DNA of 64,000 nucleotides, taken from NCBI GenBank assembly GCA_028534125.1, contig CM052817.1, positions 20,772,001 to 20,836,000 of the forward strand. Direction: 5' to 3'. Position numbers and translations under genes: made by a program. Within the stretch, counting starts at the first letter, position 1. Each line of letters begins with the position of its first letter. The notes under the pieces are model-generated. The model searched no databases and had not been told where the DNA came from. It saw only the letters and a program-made list of their open reading frames with translations. This DNA comes from Lama glama. Lineage: Eukaryota. Shown here in pieces: positions 11,630 to 25,940 of this stretch.

Positions 11630-13269
11630 AGAGAACTTTTCAAATTTCCTTAGAAATTTAGAAATATTTCCAGTTCTTAGGAACAATTTATTCAAGGGTT
11701 TGAGACTAAAAAAGTGACTATCCTCACATTTGGTTCTTGGAAAGATTCCATTAGTCAACCTACACACTCAACCCATACAACACACTTGGCATTGAATGTT
11801 AGGACAGACTGTGACAATGAAACGGGCACTCCGGAGCATAGCCCCTTCTAGGCACTGCAAGCCATGATCTTGGTGCTTCAATAAAAAGATGACAGTTAAA
11901 CAAGCCAACTACTTCCCTTGAGAGGAGTCACTACCTAGAGAAGGACTTATAGCTGAAGATGCATATGAAGACTTGCATTTCAACATGTGAAAGAAGAAAA
12001 GTGTGTACAGAACCAAGTGGTCAATCTCTACTTGCAACACTATCTACAATTATGTAATCATTGGTTATGGGAAGATAGTGACCCTGGTCATTCAAGATTA
12101 TTTCACCTCTTTCAGCCTAAATAAATTCTTAGGCAATATCTCCTATCTGAAGCATTTGTCCCAAAGGTAGATTCTTGGCTTTGCAGACTTTGCTGAAATG
12201 CTCTGATTTTCAAGACACTTACAAGGACAAAAGAGAGTGATGATTCGAGGTTTCTAGCTTAGGAAACTCAGACATCCAAGCACCTAAATCCTCCCAAGTC
12301 TGATCACACATTAGTTTCTCTTTACTGATACTCTGATCTCAAGATGACTAAATCACATCACATTCATTGCTTGGATATCAGTGGTTTAGCAATATCTGTT
12401 CTTATTTCTTGTGGTGAGATTTGCTTGTATACATTGCACACGGTGTAAATGTCCACAATCTTGGAACAGTAAAGCCAAAAGGGACCTCATGAATTATTTA
12501 TTTCAATGTGTTCAGTTTAGGACAGTGAAATTGCAACTCAAACATGTTAAGTACTTTTTCTAAAATTGTGATAATTAATTAGTACCATGGCTAGCTCTAA
12601 AATCTAGATCTTCCAATTGCCAAACCAGTGTTTACTCACCTCCAAAGAGTTTTTTTATATTCCAGAATTTAGTTTTCACTTGTACCAGAAAGCTGGCCGT
12701 GTATTTTACTATGTAATTAGTTAGAGGTATGGCATTTTGTTGAAGTCACTTCTCTAAAGACTTTGAACATTAGCAGAAGAGGTGCTTAAGTTCTTAGTGT
12801 TTGATTGAAAAGATACAGGTGTGTGTGTTCATTTTTAAAGCTACCTCTCAGTATTCTGGTCTTTACTATGTATCAGACATGGTGATAAGTGCTTGACATA
12901 CGATAGCTTAAATACCAGCTGACGGAAGTGACATGAGGGAGGGGCAATCAGTGAGTAATTACCATGTGTCAGATGCTATATATCCCCCAGACCACACTTG
13001 ATAAGGTCAACACTGCTAAATATAATACCTACCATATTTTGGAGTGACCAGTACTATCAGTCACTTTACAAATAAGGTTATCTGATTTTCATTAAAATAT
13101 CCTTGTTTTTTTCCCCCAGTAATATTTTGCATATAAGAAAAATAAGCCTGGGAAATTTCAACTGTGGACCACTGTCCGAGCACAGTCCCTCAGCAATACC
13201 CTACACATGTGCCGTGCTCTCTCAACATCCATTTATTTTCATGACTGGAGAACTCATTATCTTATTTGC

Positions 13270-13455
13270 CTCAAAATGCCTCAGCACTTCAGATTCTCTC
13301 TGCCTGAAATATTGTTCCAGACATCCTTCTCATTTTCCCACCATCTATTTCTCCCACTAGACTAAGATTACAATAGATATGGAATTATCTTTCACATCTA
13401 TGTCAGAATTTAGCATAGTATTGAACATAGATGAAGTACCTGCAACATTTTTTTA
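13270..13455 (+). mobile_element. L2 3' end fragment
   Basis: tctcccactagactaagattaca...aatttagcatagtattgaacatagatgaag resembles the L2 tail. Confidence 0.55.
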
Positions 13456-13694
13456 AAAACACAAGTAACATTCTTTCACTTCTGGGCCTGATGAATACTC
13501 TGGTGAACCATTAATAACAAATGTCAATAAGGGCATTTTTAATTACATCCAGCTGGGTCCGGTTATTTAGGAAGAATTCTTTCACAGAAAATTAATATTG
13601 GTTTTACCAAATCACCCCATCTGTATTCAGGACGTTGTACATCAGTTACCTTTGACTTTGTTTATAGAAGTAGAATTCCACCTTGGAAAGGCTT

Positions 13695-14141
13695 CATATC
13701 AGCCAGGGTTCCCCAAAGAAACAGAACCAATGAAGTTTATGTGTATTTATATTAACAGGTTTATTTTAAGGAATTGGTTCACATAATTGTGAGGACTGGC
13801 AGGTTTGCCAGCTGGGAACAAGCAAACATTGATATCGCAGTCTTGAGTCCAAAGTCCATAGGGTAATCCAGCAGACTGAAAACTCAGACAAGACTTAGTC
13901 TTAAGGCAAAGTTATGTCTTTTTTGGGAAACCTCAACATTGCTCTAAAGGCCTTCAACTGATTAGATGAGGCTCATCCACATTATGGAGTGTAGTCTCTT
14001 TTGCTTGAAGTCTATTAATTGTAGATGTTAGTCACATCTACAAAATAACTTCACAGCAACAACTAGACTAGAGTTTGACCAATAACACTAGGCTGGACCC
14101 CAAAGCCTTGCCAAGTTGACACATAAAACTTACCCATCAAA
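13695..14141 (-). mobile_element. MLT2 solo LTR
   Basis: cagggttccccaaagaaacagaaccaat...ggccttcaactgattagatgaggctcatccacattatggag...ccaagttgacacataaaacttacccatca. Confidence 0.9.
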
Positions 14142-17100
14142 AACTCCATGGGTTTTAGCCCAAAATAACACTTGTAGATGAAGGAGAGTGCAGACATGAG
14201 GCTTCCAGAATATCTTCCTATGTATCATGTAAACCCCTGCTAAGTCTGAGTACAGATGGCTGAAGATGGATTAAGGTGTTATAAAACCCCTTGCCCACTA
14301 GTAATTCAACAGGACTGATGACCATGTGTGAACACGGCACACTCTGCGCTATAGTAAACCTGGTAAACCTTGGCCACTAGTCTCCATCAACAATCAGCTC
14401 CAGACGGTGCATACAAGTCAACATCAGCCTCAGAACCTAAGTATTTGCTTAAGGGTATAAGGTGTGACGGTAAGATACTGGGTAGTTTTCCATATCAAAA
14501 TAACAGACAAAAACATGTTTTTCTTAAACTGATACTTGAAATGAGAAAGGAGGAAACTCTGAAATCTTTTGAGAAATCTAACCTATATTCAGGAAGTTTT
14601 CACCTGGAAGTAAAATTAATGTAGCTTTGAAAGTATTCTTCATCTTTGGAAAAGTAGTTCCCATTGTTGAGTTATGCCTCAGAGCTAAGGGTCTGGTATA
14701 TTTCTAATTCTGTTTTCAATTTTAAACACAATGCTTAGGGCATGAAGCAAAGCACTTCACCAGTGATTTCTTGAGAACAAATCTTGGATTTTCCACATAG
14801 AAGACATTTATGATGATGCATTATCTGTTGTTAAGAAATGCAATGTGATTTACAAAAAAGTCATTCTTTACAGGCAGAAAACCCAGGTTGAAATGTGCTC
14901 CATTACTGACCACCCTCAACATTTCTATTTTAACTATAAGCCAAAGTGAATCATGAGTAATTACTCATGTTGCTCAGCGTGTTTCACACAATTCTGCTGT
15001 TATCCAAACTTATAATGGATGGGCTGTAATAGCTAAATTCAGCACTGGCATAAATTGTAGACTTTTATGGAAGTATCCATTAAACAAAATTTCCAGAAAA
15101 AACCTGCATATACGTTGACATAAATAAGAGCTAAGGATTAACATAGGATCACAAAAAAACCTTTATCAAGTAATTGGCATAGGTAGAACTATGGTTATAA
15201 ACAGGCGATCGTAGAACTTAACTATCTTAACTAAGTTACTCTGACCTGACTTTAATTCTTATTTAGAAAACACTTGATATCTCAATTTAAACCAGTACTT
15301 TCTCCACTAAGAAAACTAATATTGTCAGGCAAAGGTAATAGTAATATGCAACAGCAGTTTCTCTTTATTGCTACATAGAAATGATGCAGAAGTCAGTAGC
15401 TGTTTGACATTCTCAGTAGCATCTTCACGATGGCAGATTTGAACTTAATGAAGCCTGTTTTTAGTATAATTGCAGGAAGAAACCTCTTTTTTTAGAATGA
15501 TCTGTTTTGTTTATTTTTGCTGTGGAATGAAAACATCATATGGTTTTTAACCAGTCATTTGATGGGCATCTTTTTTTCGAAATGCTTTGTGAATTATTTT
15601 TACTCACAGGGTTAGTTCAAATTTTAGAAAAGAAGTCATTATCATCTTGGTCAAGAGCCCATTTTCAGATTTTGTAACACACTTCTGCCCCTCTCATGAT
15701 TTTCAAGAAGTGGGGGAAAAGTCAATATGCAGTTTCGTTTGAAGATCGACCTTGAAGAACTCTCCACTTTCCCTTGCTACAGTGTTTAGATAGAAAGTTT
15801 AGTCCAGAATTTTACGTGAATAAAAAATGTCTTACTGCAGAGCTAGTTACTACTTGAACTTTTATTTTACCACTATCCTTCTGAAGCTGCCTATGGTGCC
15901 TTCAGTTACTCACCTCTCATATTTTCCTTAAAGAGCAGATTAGCAAGAAGAGTGGCCCCTTCTTCCAGTTTAGAACGGATTCTTTTTCTTGCTTTTTCTT
16001 GGAAGGGAGGGTATTCAAGACTTAGTGGGCATGTTTTCTTTGAATTCCCTTTATGCACATTTTTAAACTTGCAGGGAAAATGAACCACACACATACAACA
16101 CTGAGCCTGTCTTTTTTGCATTTTCAAATTACCAACTTGAATTACACATGTTGAGCTTGCTAACAATGGCCACTTGCCTCAGGGAATTATTGTTAAAAGA
16201 CAATTTAAAACATTGACTCTGAAGAGTCACAGTCTCTTAGGATGGCAAACATTTCATATAACAAAATCTTATCTTTTCAACTTTTAGAGTCAAATAGCAA
16301 CAATTCTAAGGCCCAGTTTTCTTGAAACCATGCTGGTGTTCGACTCAGGAACGGCTATTTGCTGTGTATGATTTGTATGGAGGAGACAGATTGTTCCTTT
16401 TTTCCATTTTTATTGTGTACTTGTTAATCTGTTTCTAAAGGTATTATGCTAATTATAACACTACTCTTCACATTCAGAATCCGAATTGCTCATTTTCAAG
16501 TTTTGCTTTTTTTTTTCAAATTGTAATCTGTTAATTACTTGTTTAATGGAGTGTGTAATTACCTACTTTAAGTTAGGAAACTGTTTCCATTTCAAAGACA
16601 GAAACCTATTTTAGAAATGAAAGACTATAAATGCAATCCTTTTTGATACAGAATATAACTCTTTACCTTCCTTAATGGTTCTAAGTGAGAAAATTAGATT
16701 GAAAATCAACTCTTATTTTCTCTTTATGTTTTTGTGCATACCATATCAAACATAGGTGAAATTTATGATGAAGGTAACAAGTTATCATTTAGCTACACTT
16801 TGCAGAGCAATTTTATTGTCTATTTGTGCCATTTAAATGACTAAACACCAGAGTAGAAGGAAAATTACTAATCTCCAGAGTAGAAGAAAAATCAAGTTAT
16901 TAATGTGATACAGTTTTAAAGTGTTTTCTTTTTCAAATCCTTGGCCAAAAGAGCAAATGGAGTCAACAAAAAGATTAAGTATGGGAACAACATATAAGAG
17001 AAGTGGAACAATTTAGGAAATACAACAATAATAAATAATGTTAATTGAGTTTGGGGCTTATATATGATTTATACATTCTATCTAAGCAACATCAAGTACA

Positions 17101-17649
17101 AGGAATAGCCAGGATGCTCTTTTGTCACATATGAGGAGACTGGGCCTTACAGGTATTAAGCAAAATTTGTTGTTGCCACTCAAGCAGAAGTAAAGGCTTC
17201 ATACTCCAAGCCAATGCCTCCAAACAACTTGTTGGCTACTATAATGGAGTAATTGGATTTGTATAATCTTAGGGAATGAAGGACAATGGACTTACTCATG
17301 ATATTTTGATGAACATTTAGTCTCTTGATGGTCTTTAATGTTGGGGGTTGAAATTGATTAGAAGAACTCTTGATAGCAAAATTTCCATATTGAATGAGAA
17401 AAGAAGCAATATACCAGGGCTCTTTACTGAAAATGTCTGTAATGTAAGGACAACTGGCTGGGAACCTAAGTAAATGCCTTGAAAAACCGGTGGCTAGATG
17501 GAGATAAGTCAGCAAAAAATAGCAATTTAAGGCACTCCAAAATTTCTGTACCCATAAAAGCAAGGATAAAATTAGAAACAATTGTTTGAATTAGCTTTTT
17601 CAGGACATTAGAAATTAACCAAAGGTTTGCAGAAGGGTTGAATCTCAGT

Positions 17650-20600
17650 ATGAATAATGAGATTTTGGCATTTTTACTTTCCCTGTTCTTAACCACCACC
17701 ACCTCCCATCCCCAGCGACTCTAGCTTTTGAATAGACTTGACCACTAGCCTAGTAGACTTTAGCCAATAGCCCACAAACATGTTGAAATCCAGCACCCTT
17801 GTGTCCAGCAGAAAGAGAAGAAGAGAATCAGTGTTCCTCAAAGTTCACCCCTGGAAAATCATTAATTATTGTCTGGAAGTTCCCTGGAAGATTCTACTTT
17901 CAAAGATGTCTTTCTTTGACCTGAGTTAAAGCTCACACAATGTGAAAAGGCTTTTCTCTGGAGGTGTGCATTGAACATGATGATTTAGAGATCACTCTAC
18001 CTTACAGAGTTGTCTGAGACAGTGGACAGTAGTTGGGGCCAACAATGAGATAATCAAATGCTTAAAATGAAAAGCTAGGAAATAAGATGTCCATAGGATG
18101 TCTTGGGAATCTAGCAGGGCATGCACATGAGCATAGGGCTCTATACACACTGAGAAATAACTTGAAAAGTTTCAAAGCTCTCATTTCTGGCTGACCTTGA
18201 AGTTCTGAGGAAGTATGAAATGAAGGGTAAGCTATCAACTGCCTGTTGATGGCATGCCTCAACATGTACAAAGAGTTTTATCAGCCAAGACTAGGAGACT
18301 TCTTAAGAAAATATATGTCCATCTGTTCCATAATTAGCAGGTCTCTAGACTAACCAAAGACTTCAGAAGTCACACACAACAATACAGACCTTAAAGAATT
18401 AGTTCAGAAACTTTAAGATAAAAAACAACAACAAAAAAAAAACCCATCAAGAACAACCATAAATAGCAACAAAAATCACCCTGAAAAAGGGAGAGAAACT
18501 GGTTTTCCGAGTTGTCACATTGTATTATTTAAAATGTCTAGTTTGGAACAAAAAAATTATGAGGTTTGCAAAGAAACAAGAAAGTATGTCCTATATACAA
18601 GAAAAAAAAAAAAAGCCATCAGTAGAACTTGTTGAAGAAGCCCACATGTTAGACTTACTAGACAAAGACTTTAATTTAGCTTTTAAAGATACATTCTGAG
18701 AACTAAAGAAAACCATGTCCAAAGACATAAAGGAAAGTATGAGAATGTCATCTTCCCAATAGAAAATATCAATTACAAATAAGAAATATCAATAACACAT
18801 TATAAAAGGAACAAAATATAAAATTTAAAGTTGAAGATTTAATAACTAAAATTAAAAATTTAATACAGGGGGTCAACAATAGATTTCAGCAAGCAGAAGG
18901 AAGAATCTTTAAATTTGAAGAAATTCAACTGAGATTATGCAGCCTGAGAAAAAGAGAGAAAAAAATAAGAGGAAAACAGTGAAAAGATCCTCAGAGATCT
19001 GAGTACATCATCAAATATATCAACATGCTCGTAATGTGAATCAAGAAAGAGAAAGTAGTAGAAAGAATATTTCAAAAATTCATGGCTGGAAATTTCCTAA
19101 ATTTAATTTTAAAAAATTAGTCAACACATCCAAGAAGCTGTCAAATATCATGCTGGTTAAACTCAGAGAGAGCCACACCTAAATCCTTCATAATCAAAAT
19201 GTTGAAAGCAAAGATAGAGATAATCTTGAAAGCAACAAAAAATCAGTGACTCATCATATTTATGAGATCATCAATAAGATTACAGCTAATTTCTCACCAG
19301 AAACCATGGCAGTTATAAGCTATATTTAAAATGCTGGAAGAAAAAAATCATTAACCAGAAAGTTTATATTCAGCAAAACAGTCCTTCAAAAATGAAGGAG
19401 AAATTAAGCATTCTAAGATCAATAAATTCAAAAAACTTAGTCACTAGTATACTGATCATAAAAAAATACTAAATCTTTCAGGCTCTAGAGAAAGGATACT
19501 AGATAGGGACTCAAAGCTATGTGAAGAAAGAAAGAACTCCAGTAAAGTTAACTACATAGGTAAATATAAAAGATAGTGTATAAAAAGAGATAAAAACTAC
19601 ATTTCTTCTATATAGTACAGAATATCTTGTAATAAACTTTAATGAAAAAGAATACAAAAATGAATATATGTATATACATGCAAAAAAGAGAGTGCAAAAA
19701 TATGTATTTTCTGTAACCCTTTTTCTCCTACCTGACTTAAAAGACAATTGCATAATGTAATGTTTATAAGATGTGTTGATGGCATAAAATATATAAAGAT
19801 GTAATTTGTATGGAAATAACAGAACAAAGGAGTGGGAAAGGGATGGAGCTACACATTTTGTATACTATTGAACTTAAATTGGTATTAAGTTGAACTATAT
19901 TTTTATAAATTAAAAATTTAACTATAACCAATATTAAGAAATAAGTTAAAAATATAATAAAAGAAATGGCAAGGAAATAAAATTGTATACTAGAAAGTAT
20001 CTAATACAAACATAGGAAGCAATGGAGGAGTAGAGGGTTAAAAAATATATACACATACACACATATGTATATCACATAGCAAATGGCAGTTATGTCTTAC
20101 TTTATCGCTAATTATGTTAAAAGTGGATGAATTTGATACTTTCATTAAAAAATGAATGTTGGCAGTACAATTTAGGAATAAAGACAACAAAACTTGATCC
20201 AACTAAATGCTGTCTATGAGATATACTTTAAGTTCAAAGATGCAAATAGATTAAAAGTAAATTAATAAAAAAAGATACACCATGCAAACAGTAACTATAA
20301 GGAAGCTGGAATAGCTATAATATTATTAGGCAAATAGATTTGGAGACAAAGTTTGATACTGGTGTAAACAAAAAATATATTTCATAATAAAAAATTCAAT
20401 CCAAAAGAATATATACCAATTGGAAACATATATGCATCAAACAAAGGAGTTAAAAGCATGTGAAATAAAAACGAAGAATTGAAGGGACATGCCAATAAAA
20501 TTAGGTTTATACTTCAATATTCAATTTTCAATAATAAAACAATTAGAAGATAAATAAGACAAGATCTAGCCAATACTATCAACCAATTAGACCTAATGTA

Positions 20601-22436
20601 TATCTATAGAGCAAACACAGCAGAATGCACCTTCTTCTCAAATGCAGAGAGAACATCTTCCAGATTAGACAATACAACAAGTCTTGATAATTTAAACAGG
20701 AATGGAATTATACAAAGTATTTTTAAAAACCTCAGTGGAATGATATTAGAACTCAAAAAGGAAAGACATTTGGGAAATTCACAAATATGTGGAGATTAAT
20801 CAACATTCAAACAACAAAGGAGTCAAAGAAGAAATAACAGAGAAAATTAGAAAATATTTTTGATGTATGAAAACAAGGGTGCATCATACCAAAATTTATG
20901 AGCTGCAGGAAAATTCTCAGTAGGAAATTTCTAACTGTAAATGCCTACATTAAAAAAAAATTTCAAATCAATTCCACTTTAAGAGACTAGAATCTGCAGA
21001 CTGAATGAAATCAAAAGCAAGCAGATGAAGGCCCTAAAGATTAAAGTGAAAATAAATGAAGTAGCAAACAGAAAACCAGTGGAGAAAAACTAACACAAAT
21101 GAAGTTGAGTGTTGAACAAAATCAACAAAATTGACTAATATTTAGCTATACTCACCATGAGAAAAAGAGAACTGAAATTACTAAAATCAGAAATGAAAGA
21201 AGGAACATTAATTACTACTGACTTTACAGAAATAAATATAAGGGAAGACTCTGATCAAATTAGATAATTAAAAAAAAAACAGGACAAATTCCTAGAAAAA
21301 TAGAAACTACTATAATTAACTCTGTAAGTAATTGATAAATTGAAAAGTCTTATAACAAATAAAGAGATTGACTTAATCACTATCCACAAAGAAAGGTTTA
21401 GGACTAGACAGATTCACTGTTGAATTCTACCAAACATTTAAAGAAGAGTTAATACCAATCTTTCACAAAGTCTGCCAAAATATAGAAGATGAGGAAACAC
21501 TTTCCAACTCATTCTATGAGGCCAGTTTTACCTTCACACAAAAACCAAATTAAAATTTCACAAGGAGAGAAAACTAAAGACCATTCCTTATGAATACAAA
21601 TACAAAAGTTTTCAATATTCTCAAAAACACACTAGCAAAAAAATCCACTAACATATAGAAAAGATTGCACACCATGACCAAATAAGATTTATGGCACTAA
21701 TTTAACATTGGTTGAACATGTGAAAACCAACCAATGTAATATATTATAACAATACAATAAATACAAAAGAACAGACAATAACAAGTGTTGAGAAAGATGT
21801 AGAAAAATTGGAACCCTCGTACATTGTTGGAGAGAATAAAAATAGTAAAGCCATTCTGGAAAATGTTTTAGCAGTTCTTTAAAATGTTAATGTTACCCAG
21901 CATTTCTACCCTTGCATATACACCCAAGAGAATTAAGAACCCATATTCATGCAAAAGCTTGTACATGAATGTCCATATCATCACTATTCGCAATAGCTAC
22001 AAAGTGGAAACAACCCAAATGTTCATCAGCTAGTGAACTGATAAAATATGGTATATCCATACATTGGAATATTATTCAGCTATAAAAACAGATAAAGTAT
22101 TGTTGCATGCTATAACTTGGATGTATCTTGGAAACATGCTAAGTGAAAGAAGTCAGACACAAAACCAAAACCCACAAATTATTTGATTTCATATATAGGA
22201 AATGTTGAGAATAAAGTGCATAAAAATAGAAAGTCGATTAATGGTTGCCAGGGATTGGAGGAATGAAGAGAATAGGGAGTGACTGCTAATGGGTGTGGGG
22301 TTTCTTTTGTAGTGATGAAGATTTCTGTAATCAAATTAAAGTTATGGTTGTACAACTTATGAATATACTAAGGACAACTGAGCTGTACACTTTAAAAGGG
22401 TCATTTTTATAGTATGTGGATTATATGTTAATTAAG
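17650..22436 (+). mobile_element. Old near full-length L1: 5'UTR, ORF1, long inter-ORF spacer, ORF2 with the RT core deleted, L1MB7-like 3'UTR
   Basis: ORF1 motifs (aatttctcaccagaaaccatgg, ccttcaaaaatgaaggagaaattaag). ORF2 endonuclease motifs (aactaaatgctgtctatgaga, cacagcagaatgcaccttcttctcaaatgca). cttccaactcattctatgaggccag-like segment near 21500. Jump to the ORF2 3' end near 21760. The 5' boundary is approximate. Confidence 0.9.
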
Positions 22437-23419
22437 AACCCCCTAAAAACTAATGGTAGTTGCCCATTGCAAAAAGAGTATCATTCTCTACCCCATCTCT
22501 GTACAGTTAGACAACAAACACACTGGAATTTATGCTTTATCAATTGGCTTTAAGAAAAAATAAAAACTTTTTTTTCCACTTGAGTCCCTCATGATGGGAT
22601 ATATATTCTTTCTCTAACTCTATTGATATGCTTTGCTGATTTTTTTAATCAAAATTTATTGGAGTGATTCATCTCTTGTCTGTGCAGAAATAAGCTTTAT
22701 AAAACAAAAGACAATGGAGTGGTTCATGTGTCAAAACTGTGAAATAGATCAGGCTATCTCCTCTGACTTTAATACACTAAATGAAAATATATAAAAGTTG
22801 GAATAAATTATTTTGTTTAATAATTAGTAGTCACAAAATCGCTGATAGAAAATAAGTGATTTTTGTTCTAATGAATTTCTTCTGTTGTAGTCAATCATAT
22901 CTTCTGTTTTACATATTCTGCTTTATATTTATAATGAATGTTGTTTTCCTTGAGAATCTCAATAGCTTTCCACATTGTGGTTTGATTTATGTTGGATTAT
23001 GAGGCACAGACATATGCTGTATTAAATAAACTTTGTTTTACCTTGATAACTTGTTTTGACATTATTGTATTATCTGTTTATATACCCACTTATTATGTAC
23101 TTTCATAATACAATCTCAGCTTTTCAATTCCTTTTCTTTTCCAGCTACTGGTTTTGATTTTTTATCTTTATTTCTATATTTCACAAAAAACTATAACATT
23201 CATTCCCTGAAAATGGATAAATGTAAATGCAATTTAAAAATAAATCAATCAACAGTCATTATATTTCTCTAATGGAAATTTAAATATCTATCATGGCTAG
23301 AAAATTAAAATCTTTATTCATGTGAATTGATGCTTGACAAATATCAATATCAAAATATGACTTGATATTGTCTGATATTCTACCTGATACATAACCAAAG
23401 ATGTTTAACATGCTGCAGT

Positions 23420-23917
23420 GATATATTTACTACTCAGAATGTTTTTCAGAATGTTTTCTTTTATAGGGAGGAGTAAGCAAGGCTAGAAAGAACTGAGTGT
23501 GGGCAGTAACAAAAAAGAGTGAGGTGATCAGATAGTAGATTAGAAAATGTTTTACCCTGAGGCCAGCCTATTGTCAGGAGGGGCTATTAAGGAGGGGGTT
23601 ACGTACGGGATGAAGTTTCATCAAGGTTCAGTGGCCTGGAGGAAGTAAATAAATTTAACCAAAGTTTGGTTAACAGGAATTTTGTGCTGACTGATCAATG
23701 GGGACAAACAATTCAGCTAATTATTTATGAGGCAAATAATGGTAAATTAGAAAACTTCTGCCCAGCTTTGTCATAAATAAACCAGGAAAGATTTGTACAT
23801 CTTCTCTAAGTCACGTGGAGAAGAGTGTTTTCTTTGCAGTAAGAAGGCTGGGAGAATTTCTTAACCATTACTGTTTTCCATGAACACAGAGCTCAGGTAA
23901 AAGTCTACTGTAAAACA
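23420..23917 (-). mobile_element. MER67-like ERV1 solo LTR
   Basis: The minus strand reads cttttacctgagctctgtgttcatggaaaacagtaatggttaagaaattctccc, like the MER67 5' end. The left boundary is approximate. Confidence 0.65.
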
Positions 23918-25448
23918 ATAATATATAACACATTGAAATACCAATACAATAATTCTCCCTATGGAATTTTTAATGTTGTAAGTATATTTCAGACTACCAA
24001 GACTTTGCTTTTCTTGGTGATAGAAATTGTAATCATCTCTCATTTGTCAGTTTTAATAATTCTGGCCAAACTGATGTCTTGGACTGAACTTTCCCAAGTC
24101 CTGCCTTAGTCTTGCATGACCTAAATGCATAGTGACTTAGAGTGTTCTCTACCAGGAAGGCATCTTACCAAGGTCTTTTAAAGTATATTTTTCCTTCATT
24201 TGAACTTTCCTGTTCAATATCTGTAAATTTCTCTTATTCCAAAAGTAGAAACCACTTGGTAAAAACAATTGGAATCATGTGGTTGACATCTCAAGGAAAC
24301 AGTAAACATGATACTATATTTATGCACATTTGTTTATTGTAGAAGTTCCCAAATTGTTCAAACATATTCAAAATATTTTGTGATCCTCAACACATGTCAA
24401 TACTATGTCTCTGGTCTTCTACACTATACCAATATGAGGATTTCTGCTTATGGGATAATTATAATTTTTATTGAAGATTTATCAATTAACATTTTAATAT
24501 TGTACAGCAATCTTTTAAACTCAATTAACAGGAGCCTGTCTTTGAAAACGCAGCTATACTTTCAGTTTGTCTACAAAAAAACAAATTAATAAGCTTGAAA
24601 GGCTGAGTATGAAAACTTCTTACTACAGTCACTAAAGTAACAAATTCCCTTGGGACTAAAACTTGCTACAAGTAGGTACGTCTTAGCATTACCTTTGTTG
24701 AACATGAGCATTTGCTGTTGTTTGGATGTTTATAGTCTGTGTCATTAAAAAGATTTGTCTGGTGAGCTTACTGTGGCATCAACAACTTGCACAGGTAAGA
24801 ACAACAGTGGAGGAAAAACAACTGCAATTTCATGCCTTAGACTATCGGAGGTTATCAGTTGCCAAGTATCACAATTAAATGCATGGGAAGCTTAGCTTTC
24901 ACAATTCACTGCAACTAGACAGTTAGGAAGAGACCAACATTTACACGTGCCATAAGTATAGCATGAGCGATGCTTTTATTATGTGGAACATTTATATGAT
25001 TTTTTTAAAAGTAAGTATTGTTGGTTTAAGATGTTTATAGTTACATGATTTCTTTATAAATGGAAGCATCTGTGCCTGAGCCATCACCATTCTACATTCA
25101 GAGAGTAATCAAAACTAGTTCCACTGCTTTGAAGAAAGGACCTGTGAATCTTTGGAAATTAAAATGCCAGCTACAGGAAGAGAACTGCTGTTGGGTCAAA
25201 TATTTTCCATGTGTATAGGTAGAGAACCAATCTCCTGAGTTTAAAACGGAACCATGATTGTTAGCTTGAATTTTAATTAGTGAGCAAAGATGCAGACTAG
25301 ATCACATTTTTTTCTGTTTTAAATACATATTCCACATATGAGATATATTTGAATATATTGACTTTACATGGCTTATCTATTTCATATATGATGGGGTGAC
25401 TTTGCTATGGATGTGGATAAGTATGTGAACAATACAGGTATATCAGTA

Positions 25449-25940
25449 CAGATGGTCCTTGACTTAATGATTTTTTTTTGCTATGATGGTACAAAAGCAA
25501 TATGCATTCAGTTGAAACCATACTTCGAATTTTAAATTTTTATCTATTCTGGGTCAGCAATATGTGGTGGGATCCTCTCTTGGGATGCTGGGCAGCAGTA
25601 GGGAGCCACAGTTCCCAGTCAGCCATGCCATGAGGAGGGGAGACAATCAATACACTGACAGCCATGCTGTATCCACACAACCATTCTGTTTTTCCCTTTC
25701 AATAGAGTACTCAATAAATTTCATGAGATACTAAACAGTTTGTTATAAAATAGGCTTTGTGTTAGAGGATTTTGCCCAACTGTAGGCTAATGTAACAGTT
25801 CTGAGCACATTTAAGGTAGACTAGGTTAAGCAATGATGTTTGGTAAGTTGTATGTATTAAATGCATTTTTGACTTATGATATTTTAACTTAAGATGGATT
25901 TATGGGGGCATGACCCTATCATAAGTTGAGGGAGGATTTG
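25449..25940 (-). mobile_element. MER47/Tigger5-type non-autonomous TcMar-Tigger element
   Basis: TIRs cagatggtccttgactta...taagttgagggaggatttg, flanked by TA on both sides. Internal tttgcccaactgtaggctaatgtaa. Confidence 0.85.

Noticed and set aside
12920..12935. Single ETS site CGGAAGTG
   Set aside because: Isolated motif with no CpG island or other promoter context.
17180..17702. 133-aa and 78-aa minus-strand ORFs
   Set aside because: No homology recognised; AT-rich sequence at the edge of an L1 5' region.
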